Source: Octopus sinensis
Lineage: Eukaryota
Length of the DNA stretch: 64,000 bases
Assembly: GCF_006345805.1 (NCBI RefSeq)
Contig: NC_043011.1
Span: 44,900,464 to 44,964,463 of the forward strand
Direction: 5' to 3'
Shown here: positions 13,831 to 26,537 of the stretch, one piece after another
Position numbering within the stretch: the first letter of the stretch is position 1
Layout: each line of letters starts with the position of its first letter
The notes under the pieces: generated by a model
Databases searched by the model: none
Told to the model about the DNA's origin: nothing
The model's input: only the letters and a program-made list of their open reading frames with translations
Made by a program: the position numbers and the translations under genes

Positions 13831-14370
13831 AGGCCGTGGCAGTGGCAGTGGAGAGGGAGGCTGTGGTGGTTGGTTGTGGTGGTGATGGTGATGGTATTGC
13901 TGGTACTGCTGCTAGTGGTAGTAGTAGGAATAATGGTAGCGGTGATGATATAGTGGCGGTAGTAGTGGTAGTAGAGGTGGTGGTGATGGTGGTAGAAGTA
14001 GTGGTGACAGCAATATTAGCAGTGGTAATGGAAGTGGTGATGATGCTGTTGAGAGTGATTGTTAGTGGTGATGATGATGATGACGTCGACGTTGATGATG
14101 ATGGTAATGGCGGTGGTAGTAGTGGTTCTGGTGTTGGTGGAGGTGGAGGGTGGAGGTGAATCTATTGGTAGTAATGGTATCGGTGCCGGAGATTGTGGTG
14201 GTCGTCGTATTAGTAGTAGTAGTAGTAGTAGCAGCAGCAGCCGTAGAGTTGGTGGGTCATGGCCGTGGCGGTGGTGGTGGTGCTCATTCTTAAAATATTA
14301 GTGTGTTTGATGAGTTTAGTTAATTAAAGATAAAAAAGAATTATCTTATCATATATATTATATATATATA

Positions 14371-14443
<73 letters not shown>

Positions 14444-15001
14444 GTGGTGCTCCAGCATGGCCGCAGTCAAATGACTGAAACAAGTAAAAGAATAAAAGAG
14501 TATATATATATATATTTTACTTGTTTGAGTCATTTCACTGTTACCATGCTGTGGATTTTAGTCGAAAGAATCGACCCCAGGAATATTTTTCAAGCCTAGT
14601 ACTTATTCTATAGGTCTCTCTTCTCGAACCGCTAAGTTACGAGGACGTAAACACACCAGCATCAGTTGTCAGGCGGTGGGGTGGAAACACACGCATGTAT
14701 ATTTCGTTGTTACTTGTTCCTTCTCGAGCTGTGCCTGGCTCATAAGGGCCAGTTTTACGGTTTCATTGGCGTATAGGTTCCTCACTTGGACGTTGCAGGT
14801 GAGTTGCTAGACGCAGAAGGTAAGAGTGAGAGAAAGTTGTAGCGAAAGAGTCAGTAGAAATTCGCCATTACCTTCTGCCGAAGCCGCGTGGAGTTTAGGT
14901 GTTTCGCTCATAAACGCATACATCGCCCGGTCTGAGTGTCGAACTCGCGATCCCTCGACCGTGAGTCCGCTGCTCTAAGCACAAGGCCATGTGTCTCCAC
15001 A

Positions 15002-15032
<31 letters not shown>

Positions 15033-17073
15033 CATATATACATACATATATATATACACACACGACGAGCTCCTTTCAGTTTTCGTCTACCAAATCCACT
15101 CACATGGCTTTGGTTGGCAGAGGACAACCCAAAGTGCCACGCAGTGGGACTGAACTTAGAACTATGCAGTTGTGAAGCAAGCTTCTTACCTGCGAAACAT
15201 ACAGACACACACACACACACACACACACACTTTGCACAATGAATGAGAAAATGTATGAGAAAGCGAAATTAAATATAGACAACAAATAACGAAATGCAAA
15301 CGGATGTAAATGTAAAATCTGTCCGTGAGCTTTTCATTGGATATCGTTGCAAATTTGCCGCATTCTAACAGTATTATTCAACGCAAGAGAGTCAATAGTA
15401 AGAAAGCTATTTACGACACGTAAACACAAAGATTATAATAACATAAAACAGAACCGTGCAAATACGAATGTCCTTTCGGCCCCACGTTGTCTATGCTCAC
15501 GATCTAACCAATACACGTTGTATATTAGACCAGAAGGTGATAATAGAAGGCGAAATAGGTGATGATAGAAGTTAGACCAGGGTGAGAGGGTGACAACGAT
15601 GAGAGTATAATTGAATAAATAGAGTGATTGAGGTGAGTGGAAGATAAAGGGGGAAATAAATAAAGGAGATAGCGTTAGTGGGTGTAGTGAAAGAGAGACG
15701 ATGATGGGAGGGAGAAAGGGAAGAGTGACTTGGTATTTGTAAGTTTATTGATGTGTTTTTGAAGGAGAGATAGCGGCTATGATAAGGACGAGTGGTGGAA
15801 AGGAATAACGAGTAGCCTGTTGGAGGTTATGATGGATGGTGGCACATTGAGGTTGATAGAGGCGTGTACCAAATGCTAAAGATCCAATTCCACTGCAATC
15901 CCTCATACGTAGTGTTCTTGGTGAGAAAGAGAGAAAAAAAGAGAAGGCCGGATGCTGAATATGATCAGGTTCGATGCAACCCCTCGTTACACAGGCAACA
16001 TGGTGCAGTGAATAGGGAAGAAGATGAATGGAGAGAGTGAGTGCTAGAGGGACAAAGGAGTATCGAAAAGGTGAGGAACAGCAGGTTTAATAGGGACTTT
16101 ACGCATAAGAAACACAAATGGAAATATATCTTACACCACCCAGGCTTCATAATTCCCGCCATGTTAACATTTTTTTTTATCCATGATTGTTTAGGAGGGT
16201 AGTTCTTCTCCAAAACCAATTATCACCAACCGTCAGGGTCCTTTATCATCCTTATGAGGCCCAGTATCGTCAGATCAATCTTCATTGCGTCGTCCCATGC
16301 TTTCTGGAAATCTCCATTTTTCACAGGCTCCGTCCATTTTGAATGCCTTGGGTTTCTTTATACAGCTGTCATCCTTCATATATCAAAACCAATTCAGTTT
16401 TTTCTCTTGCTCACTAAACCTTATTCATCCTATACTCAGTTTCCTCTCAGCTTATTTAGATGCCAACGTTCATATACACTAACCAACTTTCTCTCTTTGT
16501 CTCTCTCTTCCTCTTTATATACTTTTTATCTCCATTTTTTCTCTCCCATTCTTTCTCTAATTCACCGTTACCGATCTGTCCCCCTCTCTTCCTCCTTGAC
16601 TCTCTTGTTACTCACATGTGACCAGCAGACATCTTTCTTTCTTCTCTTCAGCTACAAGAATAGCACGTATTTTTGTCCGTCTCCTGTCAAAGCTTATTTC
16701 TCCAGCGTTCACCACTTCACCTCGTTATGGCTTAACAGCCCTTACCGTTTGTTTTCACTGTCCTGCGTCTGTCACCAACTTTGACCCTCCGCAAATCCCA
16801 AATTTTATTTAATTTGCATTGCGGGAACAACTGTTTTGACGAAGACGCATCTTGTCCTAGTGATCGAAATGCGAAGAAGATAAAACAGTGGACAACTGAT
16901 GAAGGGATTGTTCTTTATGTTGCCTGTCTTGTTTTTCTATTTGTTTCTTTCGTTGTTTGCAAAAAAGTTCGTTTTCCATGTATTTCATGTTGTTTACATT
17001 TTTTGACGTCCTGTACCCATATATGCATGTGTATATACATATATATGTATGTACATGTATGTATGTATCTATG

Positions 17074-17150
<77 letters not shown>

Positions 17151-17806
17151 TCATTTACATTATATATATATATATATATGCCGTAGAAGACGTTTCTTGT
17201 GCCCAATGTTTGGAGCAGAGCCTTTCACATGACAATATATAACATATAAGTGGCACTCCGTCGGTTACGACGACGACGGTTCCAGTTGATCTGATCAACG
17301 GAACAGCCTGCTCGTAAAGTTAACATGCAAGTGGCTGAGCATTCCACAGACACGCGTATCCTTAACGCTGTTCTCAGGGAGTTTCATCGTGATACAGAGG
17401 GTGACAAAGCTGGTCCTTTGAAATACAGGTGTTACTCATTTTTGCCAGGTTAGTGGATTGGAGCAACCTGAAATAAAAATGTCTTGCTCAAGGACAAAAC
17501 GGGTCACCGGAAAGGGAACTCACGACGTTGCGATCGTAAAACGAATACCCTGGCCACTAAGCCACGTACCCTCAAATTCACATGACAGTAACTGGCAAAT
17601 AAAATTAAGTAGAGGATATATCAATATCCTAAGGGTACTCCGGATCTACTAACTTTGTTAACAATAACCATTTGATAACATTATCCGTGATTACAATAAG
17701 CGACTTCTACTGCATATGCACACCTCGTATTCTGCAACTCTTTAGCATGATACGTTCTATATTATATATAGAGAGGATTTTATTATTGTTGCTCTTATTG
17801 TTGATA

Positions 17807-17846
<40 letters not shown>

Positions 17847-18014
17847 CATTATTATTATTATTATTATCATTATTATTATTATTATTATCATTATTATTAT
17901 TATGATTATTGTTATTGTTGTTATTATTAACATTATTAATAATAGTATGATCGTTATTATTGTATTATGTTATATACATATATATTATGTATGTATATGT
18001 GTAATATATATATA

Positions 18015-18063
<49 letters not shown>

Positions 18064-18206
18064 GTGTATATATATATATATATATGTGTGTGTGTATATA
18101 TACACATATATACATACATATATATATATACACAAACACACGCACACGCATACACACATACATACATGCATATATATATATATGTATATACTTGTACCGT
18201 TGGCAG

Positions 18207-18348
18207 GTTTATGATAGCGTTGGCTCTGGCTGTGGTGATATGGGTTATCGTGGAAGTGGCCATCAAACAACCGAACAATCTGATATCATTAGCAGGTCTT
18301 GCATTTTACCTGATAGTATTCTACATTTTCTCAGTTGAGCGGAAAAAG
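18207..18348 (+). CDS. SLC28A-like: SLC28-like exon 2
   Basis: CAG acceptor; (W)[47 protein letters not shown]; donor AAG|GTAGGT. The NLISLAGL...FS pattern is typical of CNTs. Confidence 0.92.
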
Positions 18349-18422
18349 GTAGGTTTCCATCATCATCATCATCATCATCATTATCATCATCATCACTCTC
18401 GTCGCTGTTATTATTATTATTA

Positions 18423-18475
<53 letters not shown>

Positions 18476-19076
18476 TTCCTTCTTTCTTCAAATTTTCTTC
18501 CATTTCTCGCCGGGTGTTTTCCTTACACCTAGGGCAGAGAAGCTCATTGTATGCATTCCCAGATTACACACGCAAATTCACAGGTAAAATATGTATTTAA
18601 AAAGGTTGATAAATAAATAAATTCATGAATGGATGTTGTTTTCACAGCGATGATGCTCTTCTCAGTACATGAGTCATTCCTGTTAACACGATTTTTTTCA
18701 CTTCCTGTAGGAATGGTAAGCTGGTATCATTTTCAAATAGGTTTCAGTACCTTTTTTTTTATCATTCCTAGAGATCCTACAATCACTGGTACTGTAGTCG
18801 CCTTGAGATGCCACATGTTTTCAATTTCTGTTAGCAAGTCTTTATATTTACTGATCTTGTTAAATTCTTTCGCCGCTATATTGTGATCGCAAGGAATACT
18901 CATGTCAATTAATAAACACGCCTTTTTTGTCTGATCTTTTATAATAATATCCTTAAGAAAAGTATGTGTTTTAAAATTTGAGATTACATAGACAGTATTT
19001 TACGTAGGATATGGGGCAGTTCCCATGAGCACTATCTTTTGAATTTCTGCCATTTTTTTGGTTTCCTGGTATCTGA
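18476..19076 (-). mobile_element. Two adjacent 5'-truncated Dong/R4-like non-LTR retrotransposon 3' ends in (TAA)n
   Basis: Minus strand KDIIIKDQTKKACLLIDMSIPCDHNIAAKEFNKISKYKDLLTEIENMWHLKATTVPVIVGSLG...LQEVKKIVLTGMTHVLRR (restriction-like endonuclease region, frameshifted) and a second MAEIQKIVLMGTA.ILRKILS*; flanked by (TAA)n on both sides. Confidence 0.75.
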
Positions 19077-19617
19077 TTATTATTATTATTAATAATAATA
19101 ATAATTCTTATTATCATTATTAATAATAATAATAATAATAATTATTATTATTATTATTAGCAGCATTTCTGCGGTGGACGTGACTGAAGAGAGTGAAGAC
19201 AGTCAACTTACTCTTCGCTCAAGCCCTCATCAACTTTTTTCAAGTTTTGCTTAGAAAAGAACAGTGAGGGTAGAAACGAAAGTGCTCTCCTCTGATGAAT
19301 GTCTTGAAAGGTGAGACGATTAGGATGAACGGATCTACTCTAAGCATACGCTTGTAAAGTGGAGAATAAAAGTTGGGCGAGGGGTTGTGCCCATGGTAGT
19401 TAGGATAATCTGGGATTTGTAGGTTCCTTTGAACGGGCTACCTCATCTTTTCTACTCTCTTCCTTTTCTTCGCCCTCTTCTTTTTCATGTAAACTATCAC
19501 AATTTATTGTGTCTTTGTAATGTTCCCTTCATCAGACGGACCCGTGACAAATTAAAGAAATTATTGCCGTTGTTGTTATTATTGTTATTATTATTATTAT
19601 TATTATTATTAATGCGT

Positions 19618-19995
19618 GGAGGCCCAATGGCCCAGTGGTTAATGTAGCGGACTCGCGGTCGTAGGATCGCGGTTTCGATTCCCAGACCGGGCATTGAGAG
19701 TGTTTATTGAGCGAAAACACCTAAAGATCCACGAGGCTCCGGCAGGGGTGGGGTGGCGAACCCTGCTGTACTCTTCCACCACAACTTTTTCTCACTCCTT
19801 CTTCCTGTTTCTGTTGCACCTGTATTTTTAAAGGGCCAGCTTTGTTACACACTGTGTCACGCTGAATCTCCTCCGAGAACTACGTTAAGGGTACACGTGT
19901 CTGTGGAGTGCTTAGCCACTTGCACGTTAATTTCACGAGCAAGCTGTTCCGTTGATTGGATCAACTGGAACCCTCGTCGTACCCGACGGAGTGCC
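19618..19995 (+). mobile_element. SINE family B
   Basis: tRNA-like head (TGGCCCAGTGG, GGTTTCGATTCCC) and family B body. Confidence 0.8.
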
Positions 19996-20821
19996 TGAAG
20001 AAGAAAAATTATTAATGATGACCATATGATCATTGTTGTTGTTGTTGTTGTTATTACTGCTACTACTATTATTATTATTATTATTATTACTACTACTACT
20101 ACTACTATTATTATTTAGAAGGCGGCGAGCTGGCAGTATCGTTAGCCCGTCGGGCAAGATGCTTTGCGGCATTTCGTCCGTCTTTATGTACTGAGTTCAA
20201 ATTCCGCCGAGGTCGACTTTGCCTTCCATCCCTCCGAGATCGATAAATTAAGTACCAGTGAAACACTGGGGTGGTGATGGTGGTGGTGGTGGTGGTGATG
20301 GGGATTGTGATGATGATGGTGATGATAAATGCGATAAACATGATGATGAGCAATAACGAAGAGGAGGGGAAGAAAGAACGAGATGGTTCTGATGCTACTG
20401 CTGATGATGATGATGACGATGATGATGGCGATGATGATGACGATGGCAGTGTCGGATGGGTGGGGTGGGGATGATGATGACGGCGGTGATGGTACTGGTG
20501 GTTGTGATAATAGTGATGACGATGATGATGGTGACGGCGATGGTGGTGGTGGTGATGATGATGATGATGATGATAAACACGATGGTAACGAAGAGGAGGA
20601 GGAGAAAGAACATGATGATTCTAGTGGTGCTGCAGCTGCTGGTGCTGATGCTGCAACTGGTACTGCTCCTGATGATGATGATGATCATCATCATCATCAT
20701 GATAACTGTGAAGGGGTGAGGATGGGAATGATGATGATGATTACGATAATGCCGACAAAGATGACGACGACGATGGTGATGATGATGATGATGATGATGA
20801 CGTTGTTTTCTATTTCTGCAG

Positions 20822-21013
20822 GTCAAGTGGCACACAGTGTTCTGGGGCCTAATGATTCAGCTGATCATGGCCATCATAATCATTCGAACCCAGGCCGGCT
20901 ACGATGTATTCGAGTTTTTGGGGGAGCAAGTCTCCGATTTCCTCACCCACAGTGATAAGGGAGCAGAATTCGTGTTCGGAGCAAAATACGAAGATCATCT
21001 GATGGCCTTTAAG
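20822..21013 (+). CDS. SLC28A-like: SLC28-like exon 3
   Basis: CAG acceptor; 192 nt; VKWHTVFWGLMIQL...RTQAGYDVFEFLGEQVSDFLTHSDKGAEFVFGAKYEDHLMAFK; donor GTAAGT. Confidence 0.95.
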
Positions 21014-21437
21014 GTAAGTGTGTAGATTGTTGTTGTTGTTGTTGTTGTTGTTGTCGTAGAGGCGATGGTTGTACTGTGCATGGTGGTGGGCGGCGGCGGC
21101 GTTGTAGTGGCCCCCAAGCTGTTAATCGATTGTGCCAGTGCCTCTGGCGGCATTTGCGTAAACATATACACACGTACGCGAATACACCCCCCCCCCCCTG
21201 CACACATACACACATGCACACATACACGTGCACGTGCGCACACGTACATATATATATATATATATATATACATGTACCCCACCCCCATATATATATATAT
21301 ACGCTTGCTAATGATACCTATATATATATAAATATATATATATGCATACATACAACGTATATATTTAACGTATATATTTACATATATGTGTGTGTGTGTA
21401 AATATATATATATATTATATATATATATATATATATA

Positions 21438-21804
21438 GGCGCAAGAGTGTCTGTGTGGTAAGTAGCCTGCTTACCAACCAAATGGTTCCGGGTTCAGTCC
21501 CACTGCGTGGCACCTTGGGCAAATGTCTTCTACTATAGCCTCGGGCCGACCAAAGCCCTGTGAGTGGATTTGGTAGACGGAAACCTAAAGAAGCTCATCG
21601 TATATATGTATTTGTGTGTCTGTGTTTGTCCCCCACCCCAACATCGCTTGACAACCGATGCTGGTGTGTTTACGTCCCCGTAACTTAAAGAGACCGATAG
21701 AATAAGTACTAGGCTTACAAAGAATAAGTCCTTAGGTCGATTTGCTCGACTAAAGGCGGTGCTCCAGCAAGGCCACAGTCACATGACTGAAACAAGTAAA
21801 AGAG
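21438..21804 (+). mobile_element. SINE family A
   Basis: Same head, body and tail; inserted in (TA)n. Confidence 0.8.
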
Positions 21805-21805
21805 T

Positions 21806-21894
<89 letters not shown>

Positions 21895-21930
21895 TATATA
21901 TTATATATATATATAGATAGATAGATAGAA

Positions 21931-22314
21931 GGAGGCGCAATGGCCCAGTGGTTCGGGCAGCGGACTCGCGGTCATAGGATCGCGGTTTCGATTCCCAGAC
22001 CGGGCGTTGTGAGTGTTTATTGAGCGAAAACACCTAAAGCTCCACGAGGCTCCGGCAGGGGTGGAGTGGCGAACCCTGCTGTACTCTTTCACCACAACTT
22101 TCTCTCACTCTTACTTCCTGTTTCTGTTGTACCTGTATTTCAAAGGGCCGGCCTTGTCACTCTCTGTGTCACGCTGAATATCCCCGAGAACTACGTTAAG
22201 GGTACACGTGTCTGTGGAGTGCTCAGCCACTTACACGTTAATTTCACGAGCAGGCTGTTCCGTTGATTCGGATCAACCGGAACCCTCGTCGTCGTAACCG
22301 ACGGAGTGCTTCCA
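21931..22314 (+). mobile_element. SINE family B (young)
   Basis: Near-identical to the copies at 26538, 28897 and 43808. Confidence 0.85.
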
Positions 22315-22977
22315 TCCAGATATCTAGATAGATAGATAGATAGATAAGACTTACTTGGAAAAGGATGCGTGGCATTCGATCATATAATAATATAAATAAT
22401 ATATAAATATATCCATATAATCATACATATATGTACATACCCACATATATATGTATATATACATGCATATATGGGTACAGGACATCAAAAAAACGTTGAA
22501 CACAATGAGAAACGAGAACATAAGAACAAAAACATAGAAACGAACTTTTTTCGAACAACGAAAAAAAAAACAGAGAAAAAGAACTGTTGTCCCTGTTTCA
22601 TGGACAGCTGAATAAGGGGAATATTCTTTATGTCGTATGTCTCGTTTTTATTTAATTTGGTCTGCGGGAAGGATTGTTTCAACGAAGTCACGTCTCGTCC
22701 TTGCCTTTGTAACGTGGAGTAGATGAAACAGGGATATATGTTCGAAAAATAGATGTATAGAAATTCTGAAAGTTTTTCTTCGTAGTAAATCCATTTTTTT
22801 TTTTTTTTGAAGTTGTGATTTCTTAAAACGTTTTTCAGAATCGGAAATTCCATAGCCTAAAACGTGGGATTCTGTAAAAAAAAATTAAAGGGGGAAGGGT
22901 ACCTTTTACATCTCCTCCATGCGAACCTATATATATATATATATACAAAATTATTTTATTCCACTCGGGTAGAAATG

Positions 22978-23658
22978 TAGGAAAAATTGAAGTTGAAAAT
23001 GCACTGAGGATAGTTAAAATATTTTTATTAATATATTTAAAGCTTTAACCGGTTTCACAGTTTACACTGATTTTCAAAAAGTTAAAATGGAAAGATGTGG
23101 CTTATGTCGCAGATGTTTTGCTTCTGACTATTGTTTTTGAAGCTTGCCTTATTTTTATAAGGAGTTCATGGCTCAAATTAGTATATGTTTTGAATAGGAT
23201 TTGATTGATAGAGGATAGTCACATGACTGGTCTTAGAAAATTTTGGCGGTTTCCCGCTACGTCCGTGTATTAGAATCAAATAACCATGTTTGGCGTCGTG
23301 AGTTAAACCTGATACGGTTGACTGAACAATCAATGCTCTGAACGTTTTCTGTCAAGTGTTTGTAGAGAATGAACACATGATTAAGTTTATAACCTCTTGT
23401 ACGTTTCCCGCTACGTCCGTGCGTTGGTGTCTTGCAACAGTATATTTTGCGCCTAAAAAGAAGGCCGACACGATTGAGTGAACATGTTTAGTTACCAGCC
23501 TTAAATTACGGCACCAAACATTGTCAGTCTTACTTATGTGTCAGCCTTAACTTACGATGCCAAACATTGTCAAACTGTGAAACCGGTTAATGCTTTAAAT
23601 ATATTAATAAAAGATATTTTAGCTATTCTCAGTACATTTTCAACTTCCATTTTTCCTA
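22978..23658. repeat. Foldback element (about 85-bp arms, about 500-bp spacer)
   Basis: TAGGAAAAATTGAAGTTGAAAATG...AACCGGTTTCACAGTTT mirrored at 23573-23658. Confidence 0.75.
23043..23081 (-). ncRNA. Hammerhead-like motif, U3-A8 variant
   Basis: Minus strand CTTT-TTGAAAA-tCAGT gtaa ACTGt-GAAAC-cg-GTT-AAAG. Confidence 0.5.
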
Positions 23659-24249
23659 TGTATATATGTGTGTGTATGTGTGTGAAGTATATTTGCCACT
23701 TAAATGTGGCTAACCACTAACGGTGGATGCTACTGTAGCTTGTAGCCCCAGGAGAACATCTTCTCCGGTTGGCTATTGACACACTTTCTGTGCCTTATCA
23801 GTATTTGCAATGGGAAGCCATCCTTCCCATCGTCGACCTGACGTGATACGCGCGGACCCGGGTTTCTGGGTATTTACCCGTCGTCAGCGCACGGCAATCA
23901 CCGGTCTTCGATGCGAAGGGGTCCCAATGCAGATACATATATCCTTTTTCCAGTGACGAAAAGTCACTGATCTCGAAAATGTGTAAACAAGCAATAATAA
24001 ATCTCTGAACGGGGTTTAAACAGTAGTTATATATATATATAACATAAAGGTGTAAGGGATTTTGTATTCCAGTAGGTACCTTACAAGTACTCTGTTATAA
24101 TCCAGGTTCTGGTCAACCACATCGAAAGATACGGAACAACAGAAAATTGTTTAAGGTAAACAATTGCATAGTATTTCACCCGATGGATAAATCCTGAGTC
24201 TGCTTCTTTGGATTTTATACTGTATATAGAGTGTATATTCAACGTACTA

Positions 24250-24626
24250 TAAATAAGAATAGAGAATTATGCATACTCAAAAACCTGTTTATTATAGTAC
24301 TATATACACTACATTCACCTCTCCGTTCGACATGCGTTTCTGCTGCATAGAAACCCTAAAAAGTGTATTCCAGTTGCATCCTGTTGGTTCATTTGCATTA
24401 TGAGTTCATCCGGGGTATACGCAAACCCGTAAGGATACTACCCTGGAAAAAGCGATACTGATGCGTATACCTTGGATGAACCAACAGAATGCGACTCGAT
24501 GCCGCATTTTAGGACATTTATGCAGCAAAAAAAAAACGTGTCGAACTGAGATTTAAAGTGAATGTATTGTATATAATATTGTAATAAAGAAGTTTTTGAA
24601 GATGTATAATTCTCTATTCTTATTTA
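24250..24626. repeat. Diverged foldback element
   Basis: TAAATAAGAATAGAGAATTAT..GGTATACGCA mirrored by TGCGTATACC..ATAATTCTCTATTCTTATTTA. Confidence 0.7.
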
Positions 24627-24679
24627 GAAATATACATATACTCATACTTTGAGTTCTATTTTTCCTGTTTGCAACACCA

Positions 24680-24751
<72 letters not shown>

Positions 24752-25669
24752 GCTGTTAAGTGTAAAAAAAATCAAGCGTTTCGATATTTATTCTTCTTCA
24801 GAGAGAAATAAAATGAAATTGTGTTTTTACTGTCGAGATTGCTAATAACCAAGTAATTTGGTTTTGTCACTGAGGAAGTACTTTTGTCCGAAACGTTGAA
24901 TTTTCATTCCTCCTATTTAATCACCTCACTCTAATTTACTACCGTCTATTAACTGTGAAGTCTTGTGAAATAACTTCTATTGATGCAGACAACACTTTCC
25001 ACGGATCCTGGATAGCATGTATGCATGCATGCATGTATGTATGTATGTATGCGTATGTGTATATATACCTAGGTATGTATGTGTGAATGTATGTATTTAT
25101 ATGTGTGTATATGTATGGGATATATGTGTGTTTATACGTATTTATGAATGTATCATATATATGTGTATATTTGTATGTATGTATGTATTATCTATGCATG
25201 TATGTATGTATGTATATAAGTATGTATATATGCACGTATGTATGTAGTGAATTTAAGTGGCTTAGTGGTTAGGGTTTTAATTTCACAATCATAAGGTCAT
25301 TGGTTCAATTCCTTGAGTAGACAGCGCATTGTGTGTGTCCTTGAGCAAGGCACTTCATTTGACACTGCACCAGAGAATGCTTTTATGGAATGAGTGCCAG
25401 CCCGTTGTTGGCGCAAATCTGCCCCCTTCGAGCTCTTACGTCCTGGATATTCTGCTGGGTCGAGGTGGGATAATAGAAAGGAAGCCAATGTCTGTTCGTT
25501 GACTTCATTGCCACCTAAAACAATGAACGAAATTGTCCGAGTACTGTACTATCAGAGCATAAAACTCATAGTGGCTCCCATTTGAATCCTGTGCTTATTA
25601 AATGATATATGTGTATACACATAAACACACACATACACCCGAGTACATGTAATACTGTTGCTGTTTCAG

Positions 25670-25831
25670 ATATTCCCGACCATAGTATTCTTCAGTTCCA
25701 TTATGTCGATGCTGTATTACCTGGGAGTTATGCAAGCTATCGTCTTAGTCCTAGGCCGATCGATATCTTTCTGTATGGACACCACTCCTGCCGAATCTAT
25801 CACAGCAGCAAGTAATATCTTTGTTGGAATG
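25670..25831 (+). CDS. SLC28A-like: SLC28-like exon 4
   Basis: CAG acceptor; 162 nt; IFPTIVFFSSIMSMLYYLGVMQ...TTPAESITAASNIFVGM; donor GTGAGT. Confidence 0.95.
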
Positions 25832-26015
25832 GTGAGTATTTAGTTTATTCTATGACTATCTAACTCTGATGAGTTCTCTAAAACTACACAATTTGTTCTC
25901 TGCCGGTACCCTGTTAAATATTCAAGTCATTTGTACATCGATTTGACTTTTTGGTGTCACTTTAACGTTCGGTCTGTGTGGCCATTTACACTTTAGTGAG
26001 CAGTCTAATCTCCAA

Positions 26016-26424
26016 TCCTAAGCCTAACCCTAAAACCTAACACTAAAGCCTTACCCTAACCGTAATCCCTAAACCCTTACTCTAAAACCTAATTTTAACC
26101 CTTAATTCTAAACTTAACCTAAACACTAAGCCCTAAAATTAACCCAAAACCCAAATGTTAAACCCTAAAACTTAGACTTAACCTAAACCCTAATCCTAAC
26201 CTTAGTCCTAAACGCTTACCCTAACTCTAACACGTAACCTTAACCCTAATGGTAACGCTAACCCTAACCCTAAACTTAACCCTAACCCCTTATCCTAATT
26301 GTAACCCTAACCCTAAACCCTTATCCTGATTGTAACCCTAATACTAAACCCTTATCTTAATTGTAACCCTAGCCCTAAACCCTCATCCAAACTGAACCCT
26401 AACCCTAACCCTAATCTTAACCCA
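26016..26424. repeat. Interstitial degenerate telomere-like (CCCTAA)n array
   Basis: Many exact CCCTAA/CTAACC hexamers mixed with variants. Confidence 0.8.
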
Positions 26425-26537
26425 GATCAAGTCATTTCACAGCATAGACTACGAATACTGCGGTAGGCAGCACGCTAAAGTGGCAACGTTTTTCATTACA
26501 TAATGTGAAAAATAACGAGGCGTTTGTAATAGACTGT

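Noticed and set aside
19285-19330. Isolated CTGATGA words (also 439 and 56036)
   Set aside because: No correctly placed GAAA and closing stems.
20383-20821. Asp/His/Met-rich N-terminal extension of exon 3
   Set aside because: (GAT)n/(GGT)n intronic microsatellite in a different frame; a clean acceptor at 20821 defines the exon.
21931-22003. tRNA genes at SINE heads (also 26538, 28897, 43808)
   Set aside because: A/B boxes are present but there is no complete acceptor stem; each continues into a shared SINE body, two with clear TSDs.
23695-23760. HDV-like or twister ribozyme
   Set aside because: Only partial elements (GGCTAA after a hairpin; GCTACAAGC); required pseudoknot pairings were not found.
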